From positions 6,208,001 to 6,272,000 of the forward strand of contig OZ244960.1 in assembly GCA_965222605.1 (NCBI GenBank): DNA of 64,000 bases, written 5' to 3'. Source of the stretch: Candidatus Latescibacterota bacterium. Its GTDB lineage: Bacteria; Latescibacterota; UBA2968. The notes beneath the pieces are model-generated. The model was not told the origin of the DNA and ran no database searches. It saw only the letters and a program-made list of their open reading frames with translations. This document shows positions 20,045 through 28,055 of this stretch, piece after piece (position 1 is the stretch's first letter; each line of letters opens with the position of its first letter). The position numbers and the translations under genes are program-made.

Positions 20045-22021
20045 TCACCATCCATGCACAATATGGCCTGCGTCGGGGAACCAGATGGCATCGACACCTG
20101 TAGAGATGCCAACGCCAAGCAAGTAGCCGACCATGAGGCCGTACCAGAAGGGCAGGGATTTGTAGAGCGCGACGCCGCCAAAACGCATGATGAGTGCTTT
20201 GGTCGCCCACACAACAAGCAGGCTAAAGCCATAGCGGCGGGTGGGAAAGGCAATGGCTACGGGATTAAAGGGCCACCAGGAAAAACGCGTGCGTATGTAG
20301 GTCAGGGTGCCGGCTATTGCAAATCCCCAGAGCCACACGCCCAACTTTTCGATGTCGAAGTAGAGTATTGTAGAGCCTTCTACATAAGGGACCAGTTGCT
20401 CGAGACGTCGCCAATCACCCAAATAGAGCGGGCCGTTCATTCCACCGTCCATGTAGCTGCGATACAGCGAATCGGTGGCCGTTGTGATACAGCCCGCGAT
20501 GTAGGCTATGGGGATAATGGCCCAGACCATGGGATGTCGCTTGAGGTGGTTGCCCAGCATGCGAAAGTAGTGGGGAACAGACATGGTGGCGGTGAGGCGA
20601 ATGGGCATGCCGGCAAATCCATTGCGGTTGATCATCCAGATTGTCGTGAGTGTTCCGGGCGACATGTTAGCCGTGCCGCCCATCTGCATCCACACATTGC
20701 CTCCCTTGTCGGCACCCAGTCCGCCGGTACTTCCGGGGGATAAAAAGGTGAATCCGGTTGCTGCGGCGTATTTGGCTACGCCGAATAGCGCGATGAACAT
20801 CAAGATGAGTTGCACAATGGTTGCCCAGAGTTCCATACCTGCGGCCAGGCACCAGCCCGCGAGGAATATGACCGAAGCCGAGAGGCCGAGCCAGGCGGTT
20901 CGATAGGTGACTGGTGTTCCATCGTCTGCGGCGCGGTTGCTCATCAGCGCACATTCGAGGGTGTTTTTGAGGTGTTTGCGGGATACCCATAGCGACCAGG
21001 CGACGAGAAAAACGAGTGCGCCGTGGGATTCGAAGCTGAGTATTTCTGCCGGTGTCGCTTGCTGTCCCTGTAAACCCACTGTGATGCCAGTTTGGTTCAT
21101 CAGCCCCTCTTTGATAATATTGAGGACATTGTAGAACCAGAAACTGAAGAGCAGGTCAAGCGGGCATAAATATGCCAGGCCCATTATCAGGGGTTGCATG
21201 CGTAAAAAATATCTTGGATAGTGATAGCCGATGTTTATAGCCATTTGTCCGGCGAGGTCGTAGATGGGAATATGGGGCAGGGTGTGGACAAAATAACCCG
21301 CTATATTCCAGCAGATCACAAAGGCCGAAATGCCAAATCCCACCCAAAACAGGGGGGCGTGAAAGACGACGGGCAGGCGATAGCCGGGTTCTTCGCGCAA
21401 CATTTCGGTGGGGAAGATAGCCATCGGAAAGGTGAGTCGCTCTTTTTCATGCCACTGTTTGAAGAACAAGACGCTGCAAAAAAAACCGGCCATGACCACG
21501 GATAAACAGGCGGCGGTCCACCAGAAGAGCGGGCGGATCCACGGTTGCCAGGGAATAGATGTGTTGGGTTCTAACCCCCCGTAGAGTTGCCCGATAACCA
21601 CGGGCGATTTTTGCATAAATAGCCAGTCGGGCAGCAGAGGGGCAATGACGTCGCCCACGCGGTTTTCCGGCGATGCGAGGTGTACCGGGGCAGAGATGTT
21701 GCCCAGGAGATAGCCCGCCCAGCCCGTGGTGGGTAAGTTGCCTACGAGCCAGACCATGAAGAAGATGGTTAGCATTTCCGTGCGCGACAGGGCGCGTTTT
21801 GGCGCGACGAGTTTGAGTATGGCGTTGATACCGACCCAGGCGACAAAGGGGATCAGAGCCGATACGGGCATGTAGTTTTTGATCATATTCCACGCAAAAT
21901 GCGTGATGTAGATCGTCATGAGGGCAATGGTTAAGATGCCGAGCATGACTGCGCGCACTGTGATGCCCGAATCCTGCGTATCGGGAACGGTTTCCCGGGA
22001 TATGTCTGTTTGTATGGCCAT
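20045..22021 (-). CDS. Polytopic membrane protein (DUF6785-like putative transporter)
   Basis: Many TMs; KQWHEKERLTFP, RFSWWPFNP, RFGGVALYK motifs. Confidence 0.75.
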   Translation of the reverse strand: MAIQTDISRETVPDTQDSGITVRAVMLGILTIALMTIYITHFAWNMIKNYMPVSALIPFVAWVGINAILKLVAPKRALSRTEMLTIFFMVWLVGNLPTTGWAGYLLGNISAPVHLASPENRVGDVIAPLLPDWLFMQKSPVVIGQLYGGLEPNTSIPWQPWIRPLFWWTAACLSVVMAGFFCSVLFFKQWHEKERLTFPMAIFPTEMLREEPGYRLPVVFHAPLFWVGFGISAFVICWNIAGYFVHTLPHIPIYDLAGQMAINIGYHYPRYFLRMQPLIMGLAYLCPLDLLFSFWFYNVLNIIKEGLMNQTGITVGLQGQQATPAEILSFESHGALVFLVAWSLWVSRKHLKNTLECALMSNRAADDGTPVTYRTAWLGLSASVIFLAGWCLAAGMELWATIVQLILMFIALFGVAKYAAATGFTFLSPGSTGGLGADKGGNVWMQMGGTANMSPGTLTTIWMINRNGFAGMPIRLTATMSVPHYFRMLGNHLKRHPMVWAIIPIAYIAGCITTATDSLYRSYMDGGMNGPLYLGDWRRLEQLVPYVEGSTILYFDIEKLGVWLWGFAIAGTLTYIRTRFSWWPFNPVAIAFPTRRYGFSLLVVWATKALIMRFGGVALYKSLPFWYGLMVGYLLGVGISTGVDAIWFPDAGHIVHGW

Positions 22022-22169
22022 TTATGTAAAGGGGCTAAGGAGTTGAGTGCTCGTCCGAGATGCATTTTAATGACAGGACAAAATAGGGCGAAGGTCAGAA
22101 GTTTTCAACTTAAAATTTATGCTATAATTTTCGGTGAATCCAGGGGGTGATCCCCAGAAGGAGGGTGTT

Positions 22170-23051
22170 ATGGATGTTTATGAGAAGTATTTTTTCGATG
22201 TGAATGGGTATCTGGTTGTGGAGGATATTTTGTCTGCCGAGCAGGTCGCAGCACTCAATGAGGCAATTGACCACAATCGGGATAGAATTCGGATTCGGGA
22301 GGGAACAGAGAGGTTGTCGGGCGGCGCGGGCAAACACGGTGGTGAGGTTTCTGTTGCACTGGAGGGCGCGCACGGGCGAGGGGATATCGGGAGTATTTTG
22401 AGATGGCCGAAGTCGTGGTGCCAACCCTTCCGCGATTTGCTATCCCATTTACCAACAATGCACTATATGCTCGACATGATCGGCAATGGGTTTCGCTATG
22501 GCAATGCCAATGGGATTAGCATGACCAAAGGCGCAGAAGGGCATCTGCTTCACGGTGGCGGTGGGTTTTTGGGCGGACATATGTATTTCTGCAAGGATGG
22601 GAAGATGTGGAATAATCTGATTGCCGTGTGTTATCAGCTTGCCGATGTCAATCCCGGCGATGGTGGGTTTGTGTGTATCCCCGGCAGTCATAAGGCAAAT
22701 TTTGAATGTCCGACGGATGTGCGCCGAATGGAGCGGGATTTGGGGTGTTTTAAACATATTCCCATGAAGGCGGGATCCGCGGTGATTTTTACCGAGGCGT
22801 TGACACATGGCGCGATGCCGTGGACTGCGGATCACGAGCGACGGACTCTGTTGTATCGCTATGCCGCAGGTGGATATGTCAACCCGCCCAGTGGCAATGA
22901 CCCAGCGAAATACGCGCCATTTATGGATGAGTTGACACCGCTTCAGCAGGCTATTATGCAACCCCCGCACAATGCGGGGCGTATAGATATTGCGGCACTC
23001 ATCAAGGCGGAGGAAAAAGCGAGTGCTGAATGCCGGGGAGTCGCTCAGTGA
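22170..23051 (+). CDS. Phytanoyl-CoA dioxygenase (PhyH) family protein
   Basis: Start MDVYEKYFFDVNGYLVV with GGAGG RBS; LHGG, GGFVCIPGSHKANF, FTEALTHG, ERRTLLYRY. Confidence 0.88.
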   Translation: MDVYEKYFFDVNGYLVVEDILSAEQVAALNEAIDHNRDRIRIREGTERLSGGAGKHGGEVSVALEGAHGRGDIGSILRWPKSWCQPFRDLLSHLPTMHYMLDMIGNGFRYGNANGISMTKGAEGHLLHGGGGFLGGHMYFCKDGKMWNNLIAVCYQLADVNPGDGGFVCIPGSHKANFECPTDVRRMERDLGCFKHIPMKAGSAVIFTEALTHGAMPWTADHERRTLLYRYAAGGYVNPPSGNDPAKYAPFMDELTPLQQAIMQPPHNAGRIDIAALIKAEEKASAECRGVAQ

Positions 23052-23251
23052 TATTGAAATTTTTGTTGCCGCCAAGTTTTTTTATGCCACCATCACGACA
23101 AAGAAGACAGCAGATTGGGGCTGCCAAAAAATAAAACAATTTCTCAATATAATATACCCCAAGGAGAAAAAACATGACAAAGAAACGGATATTGTTACAC
23201 AAGGGTGGTATGAATGTATTCGCCACTGGGTTAAGAGAAAATTGGGCTGCT

Positions 23252-24745
23252 ATGAAGTTCATCCCTGCTCTTTTGGCTGTCCTGCTGCTAGTCGTCGGCT
23301 GCGGTGAGCCAAACTTGGACGATCCGAAAGTTCGTGATAAAATCTTCGCCGAAGCAATAAATAAGGATATCTTGCAAATCCGACGGACACCATCAGGCGA
23401 AGAAATGCCTTATGCCCCTAATGAGCAAAAGCCCTATACAGGATGGGTGAAGGATCAAAAGCAAGAACAGGGGCTTAGGCTTTTGGGGCTTTGGAGAATG
23501 AAGGATGGCAAGAAAAACGGCAAATGGACTGCGTGGTACGAAAATGGACAAATGGCATCAGAAGGAAGCTACCAAGAGGATAAGAAAAACGGCAAATGGA
23601 CTGCGTGGTACAAAAATGGGCAAATGGCATCAGAAGGAAGCTACCAAGAGGATAAGAAAATTGGCAAATGGACCGAATGGTACGAAAATGGGCAAATCTT
23701 CAAGCCCTGGCTGTCGTCAGGGAGTCTCAAAGGACGACATAGCGAGGCTGTAATTGAGGCTGTATATTCCATGGCGTTTTCTCCCGACGGTTCGATCCTT
23801 GCCTCGGGATCGGGAGTCAGCAAGACTGTGATCCTCCTCCTGGGATCGGAAGGCCACAATGGAACCATCAAGCTATGGTCAGTTGCCAAGCGACAAGAAA
23901 TTACCACCCTCAAAGGACATGGCAAGTCTGTGAACTCTGTAGTATTCTCTCCCGACGGTTCAATCCTCGCCTCAGGAGGCGGCAATGGAACCATCAAGCT
24001 ATGGTCGGTTGCCAAGCGACAAGAAATTACCACCCTCAAAGGACATGGCAAGTCTGTGAATTCCGTAGTATTCTCTCCCGACGGTTCAATCCTCGCCTCA
24101 GGAGGCGGCAATGGAACCATCAAGCTATGGTCAGTTGCCAAGCGACAAGAAATTACCACCCTCAAAGGACATGGCAAGTCTGTGAACTCTGTAGTATTCT
24201 CTCCCGATGGTTCGATCCTCGCCTCAGGAGGCGGCAATGGAACCATCAAGCTATGGTCAGTTGCCAAGCGACAAGAAATTACCACCCTCAAAGGACATGG
24301 CAAGTCTGTGAACTCTGTAGTATTCTCTCCCGATGGTTCAATCCTCGCCTCGGGATCGGGAGTCAGCAAGACTGTGATCTTTGCCTCAGGATCGGGAGGC
24401 GAAGATGGAAGCATCAGGCTATGGTCGGTTGCCAAGCGACAAGAAATCACCACCCTCAAAGGACATGGCAAGTCTGTGAATTCCGTAGTATTCTCTCCCG
24501 ATGGTTCGATCCTCACCTCAGGATCGGGAGGCAGCAATGGAACCATCAAGTTATGGTCGGTTGCCAAGCGGCAAGAAATCGCTACTCTCGGATATATAAG
24601 CTATAATAGAAGGGGTATTGTGAATTTCGTGCCGTTTTTTTTTCCTAATGTGGACGTAGCGTTTTCTCCCGATGGTTCGATCCTTGCCGTGAAAGGCTCT
24701 GGGATGATCACCCTATGGAAACGTCCCAATAGCATTCTTGACTAA
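23252..24745 (+). CDS. Lipoprotein with MORN/YwqK-like repeats and WD40 beta-propeller
   Basis: Lipobox LLVVGC; KKNGKWTAWYENGQ repeats; LKGHGKSVNSVVFSPDGSILASGGGNGTIKLW WD40 repeats. Confidence 0.88.
   Translation: MKFIPALLAVLLLVVGCGEPNLDDPKVRDKIFAEAINKDILQIRRTPSGEEMPYAPNEQKPYTGWVKDQKQEQGLRLLGLWRMKDGKKNGKWTAWYENGQMASEGSYQEDKKNGKWTAWYKNGQMASEGSYQEDKKIGKWTEWYENGQIFKPWLSSGSLKGRHSEAVIEAVYSMAFSPDGSILASGSGVSKTVILLLGSEGHNGTIKLWSVAKRQEITTLKGHGKSVNSVVFSPDGSILASGGGNGTIKLWSVAKRQEITTLKGHGKSVNSVVFSPDGSILASGGGNGTIKLWSVAKRQEITTLKGHGKSVNSVVFSPDGSILASGGGNGTIKLWSVAKRQEITTLKGHGKSVNSVVFSPDGSILASGSGVSKTVIFASGSGGEDGSIRLWSVAKRQEITTLKGHGKSVNSVVFSPDGSILTSGSGGSNGTIKLWSVAKRQEIATLGYISYNRRGIVNFVPFFFPNVDVAFSPDGSILAVKGSGMITLWKRPNSILD
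23510..23697 (+). repeat. 72-nt coding tandem repeat (about 2.5 copies, MORN-like)
   Basis: Units start at 23510, 23582 and 23654 and are nearly identical. Confidence 0.9.
23861..24590 (+). repeat. 126-nt coding tandem repeat (WD40 units)
   Basis: Units start at 23861, 23987, 24113 and 24239 (exact 126-nt period), then about 24407 and 24539 after insertions. Confidence 0.92.
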
Positions 24746-24839
24746 ATGGCCTTGAAGGATAGCAGATGTTTGACTCCAAGGAAATTATATAGAAGTAAAA
24801 ATAAAACCGTCACACACGTCTGGCAAAAAACACCTGACA

Positions 24840-25142
24840 TAAGTGGCCTCATCGTGATGGGCTTTGAAGGCTTGTCCGAGGATTTCAAACAGCATCACAA
24901 AATGGGGTTTGACACGATGCACACGACGATTACTGACTGCGAGAAAGACGAACAGGAATCGCACCACACATCTTCAACAGGACAGAGGTCTTCTCGAAAT
25001 TGCCTTGAAAAAACAGGGCAGAGGTGATTGCCGTGGTCATCACTTCTGCATCTGACACTTTACATTGGGCATCTTCCTTATGCTTGCAGGCTTGAAGATA
25101 CTCGTCACAAAGCACAAAAATCGTTATTATAGTCACGTCCAT
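24840..25142 (-). mobile_element. IS982-family transposase remnant (N-terminal, frameshifted)
   Basis: MDVTIITIFVLCDEYL...KVSDAEVMTTAITSALFFQGN, continuing in another frame as NRRVHRVK...LFEILG; no DDE core seen; left boundary approximate. Confidence 0.75.
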
Positions 25143-25266
25143 TTTGGTTATTTTTATATGATGAGGCAAAATAGAGCGGATGTTTTCAGCTTAATATTTA
25201 TTTGACAGACGGTTTTTTTATTTCTATATGTTCAATAGATTCAATATGACGGGGAGATATTGTCAA

Positions 25267-26160
25267 ATGTTAAAAAGAATAGAAAAAGAAAATCAGCCAT
25301 TGGCAGAAGTATTCGGTCATTTGCCAACAGATTTTAGCTCGAAAGCAATACGCTATCGGAGAAATAAACTCTGTCCGTTCAATAATCAAATTCCCAATTG
25401 TACTAAGGATAAGGCAAAGGATCCCCTTGGGGTCTGTAGTATTTACAACAGAGAAAGAGCAGTCATCACATGTCCCATCCGATTTCGAGAAGATTGGATT
25501 GTCGCTGACGATGCCGCGGATTTCTTCTTTCCTGAAGGATCCACCTGGACTTCATTGACCGAAGTAAGACTGGCCGATTTTGATGGTAAGTCTGCTGGGA
25601 ATATTGACGTAGTATTGGTTGCTTATGACCGCGATGGAATAGTGTACGACTTTGGCTCTTTAGAAATTCAGGCTGTTTATATTTCTGGAAACGTAAGAAA
25701 TCCATTTACCCATTACATGTCGGATTGTAAGGCGAATGCCGCAATGGACTGGAGGCATCAACCTAACTACCCTCGTCCCGATTTTCTCTCATCGTCTCGA
25801 AAGCGTTTAGCTCCTCAACTTATGTTTAAGGGAGGTATTCTTCAGGCGTGGAATAAGAAAATGGCGGTGGCTTTGGACAGTGCTTTCTATAACACCCTCC
25901 CCGATCTCACAGAGGTGCCAAAATCTGAGGCTGAAGTAGCCTGGCTTGTGTACGACCTTGTTCTCGATGCTAATGCCACTCGATACCAGTTAACAAGGAC
26001 CAAAGTCGTTTATACAAAATTCTCAGAGGCTTTGAACGCGATAACCCGCCCGAAAGTTGGGAGAATTGAAGATTTCATGAGATTAATTCAGTCAAAGGTA
26101 GATGAGAAACAGGAATTGCCACCAAGAAATAAAATTATTGAAAATCCATTTGAAGGCTAA
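25267..26160 (+). CDS. NotI-family type II restriction endonuclease
   Basis: Cys cluster CPF...CTK...GVCS...ITCPIRF; GNIDVVL and LEIQAVYISGN catalytic motifs; KRLAPQL. Confidence 0.8.
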   Translation: MLKRIEKENQPLAEVFGHLPTDFSSKAIRYRRNKLCPFNNQIPNCTKDKAKDPLGVCSIYNRERAVITCPIRFREDWIVADDAADFFFPEGSTWTSLTEVRLADFDGKSAGNIDVVLVAYDRDGIVYDFGSLEIQAVYISGNVRNPFTHYMSDCKANAAMDWRHQPNYPRPDFLSSSRKRLAPQLMFKGGILQAWNKKMAVALDSAFYNTLPDLTEVPKSEAEVAWLVYDLVLDANATRYQLTRTKVVYTKFSEALNAITRPKVGRIEDFMRLIQSKVDEKQELPPRNKIIENPFEG

Positions 26161-26164
26161 TCAC

Positions 26165-27082
26165 ATGCAAAAATTGCTGTTTAGTGACAAAGAAGAACCC
26201 TTAAAGGCAGTCAACGTCGCCTCGGTCCCTCAGCGCAGTCCATTTCGGTATCCCGGTGGTAAGACCTGGTTTGTTCCCAGACTCCGAGAATGGCTTCGCA
26301 GTCAGGCGCAATGCCCCAGACTCTTGGTTGAGCCTTTTGCTGGAGGGGGTATTATCTCTTTAACAGCAATTTTTGAGAACCTGGCCGAAACTGCGTTGAT
26401 GGTTGAGCTTGATGACGAGGTCGCGGCTGTATGGCAGACAATTATTGATGGTGAAGCAGAATGGCTTGCCTCAAGGATACTAAACTTTGAAATGTCGAGG
26501 GAAAACGCTATCAACGAGATCAATGCTAATAGGAGTTCAACCAAAGAAAAAGCATTTCAAACTATTATAAAAAACCGCACGTTTCACAGTGGAATTTTGG
26601 CGGCAGGAGCCGGATTTCTGAAGAATGGCGAATCGGGCAAAGGCGTTCTTTCTCGTTGGTATCCCACCACGCTTGCCAAGCGTCTGCGAACCATTAATCT
26701 GATGCGAGATAAATTGTATTTCGAGCATGGAGATGCTTTTAGGGCATTGGAACGATATAAAAATGATGAGGAAGTGGTATTTTTTGTTGATCCCCCTTAT
26801 ACTGCTGGTGGCAAGAAAGCAGGAAGTCGTCTTTATACGCACTTTGAATTAGACCATGAAGCTCTTTTTGCGACCTGTGAAAAGCTAAGAGGCGACTTTA
26901 TAATGACTTATGATAATGCAGAAGAAGTTAAAAAACTTGCGCGAAAGCATCGTTTCATGGCTAAGCCTATCCCTATGAAGAATACACACCACGCGGCAAT
27001 GACAGAGCTTGTTATTGGAAGGGACCTGTCGTGGATGCGTGGAGTTGATCGGGTGTTGGAGGATCGAAGGGAATACAAATAA
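26165..27082 (+). CDS. DNA adenine methyltransferase (Dam/D12 class)
   Basis: SPFRYPGGK, EPFAGGG, FVDPPY; directly follows the endonuclease. Confidence 0.9.
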   Translation: MQKLLFSDKEEPLKAVNVASVPQRSPFRYPGGKTWFVPRLREWLRSQAQCPRLLVEPFAGGGIISLTAIFENLAETALMVELDDEVAAVWQTIIDGEAEWLASRILNFEMSRENAINEINANRSSTKEKAFQTIIKNRTFHSGILAAGAGFLKNGESGKGVLSRWYPTTLAKRLRTINLMRDKLYFEHGDAFRALERYKNDEEVVFFVDPPYTAGGKKAGSRLYTHFELDHEALFATCEKLRGDFIMTYDNAEEVKKLARKHRFMAKPIPMKNTHHAAMTELVIGRDLSWMRGVDRVLEDRREYK

Positions 27083-27126
27083 AGAATCCACTGCATCCTG
27101 GCAAAATAGACCAAAGGAGACTACAC

Positions 27127-27414
27127 ATGGCAAACACGATCAAACTATCTGTGGAATTTCCCGAGTCCTTAGTCGCAGGCCTTTGGATAGATGAGGCTAC
27201 AGCTTCTGCGAAAATGAAAGAAGCCGTGGTGCTAGATCTTTTTCGCCAAAAGCGCATCTCGATTCGCAAAGGTGCCGAACTATTGGGTCTCTCCTATCGC
27301 GAATTTCTGGATCTCCTCTCCCGTCGCCAAGTCCCGATCACTGACTACGAAGAGGGAGAGATTGATTGCGATTTGGAAGCGTTTAAGAAAATAAAGCAAG
27401 AGGAGGCTCTATGA
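27127..27414 (+). CDS. UPF0175 family (putative antitoxin), orphan
   Basis: LFRQKRISIRKGAELLGLSYREFLDLL; AGGAG RBS; no PIN partner adjacent. Confidence 0.8.
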   Translation: MANTIKLSVEFPESLVAGLWIDEATASAKMKEAVVLDLFRQKRISIRKGAELLGLSYREFLDLLSRRQVPITDYEEGEIDCDLEAFKKIKQEEAL

Positions 27415-28055
27415 ATACAAATTTCTCTCGCGAGGTCGTTTTGTCAGATGATGCGGCAATGGGGCGGGCGGGGATGTCGAGACGCGATTTTATCAAAGGG
27501 ATTATTGCTACAGGTGCTTCTATTTCTGCGATGGGATATGTGTTTGGAGGTTGTGCGGGTGAAATGGGTAGCGCGCCGGGCGCGGTTGAGCGGCTTATTT
27601 CTTTGAATGTAAATGGTCGCGTGCGTCACGTTGATGTTTTGCCGCAGGAAACGCTGGCGATGACGTTGCGATACAAGCTGGGGCTTACGGGGACAAAGCT
27701 GGGATGCGATCGGGGTGAATGCGGCGCGTGTACAGTGCTGGTTGATGATGTGGCGATGTATTCGTGTTCGACTTTAACCCATCGCGTTCGGGGCCGTTCG
27801 GTTGTGACCGTTGAGGGTCTTGAAGGTGAAGACGACGCGTTGCATCCGGTTCAGCGGGCATTTATTGAAGAACTGGGGCCTCAGTGTGGTTTTTGCACGC
27901 CGGGCCAGGTGATGTCTGCGGTGGCGCTGCTGAATATCAACCCGAATCCAACTCGCGAAGAAGCACGGGTTGCCATGTCTGGAAACCTTTGTCGCTGTGG
28001 TGCTTATGACAATTATCTAAACTCAGTAATGCGCGCGGCAAAGGAGGTTTCTTAA
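27411..28055 (+). CDS. Tat-exported 2x[2Fe-2S] subunit, PaoA-like
   Basis: SRRDFIK Tat motif; GCDRGECGACTV, QCGFCTPG, GNLCRCG. Confidence 0.9.
   Translation: MNTNFSREVVLSDDAAMGRAGMSRRDFIKGIIATGASISAMGYVFGGCAGEMGSAPGAVERLISLNVNGRVRHVDVLPQETLAMTLRYKLGLTGTKLGCDRGECGACTVLVDDVAMYSCSTLTHRVRGRSVVTVEGLEGEDDALHPVQRAFIEELGPQCGFCTPGQVMSAVALLNINPNPTREEARVAMSGNLCRCGAYDNYLNSVMRAAKEVS

Noticed and set aside
23861-24590. Possible CRISPR array
   Set aside because: Repeats are 126-nt in-frame coding units without unique spacers, and no cas genes are present.
23641-24606. Long alternative-frame and antisense ORFs (308 aa minus, 243 aa plus)
   Set aside because: They are by-products of a stop-free tandem repeat; the WD40 frame is the recognisable one.
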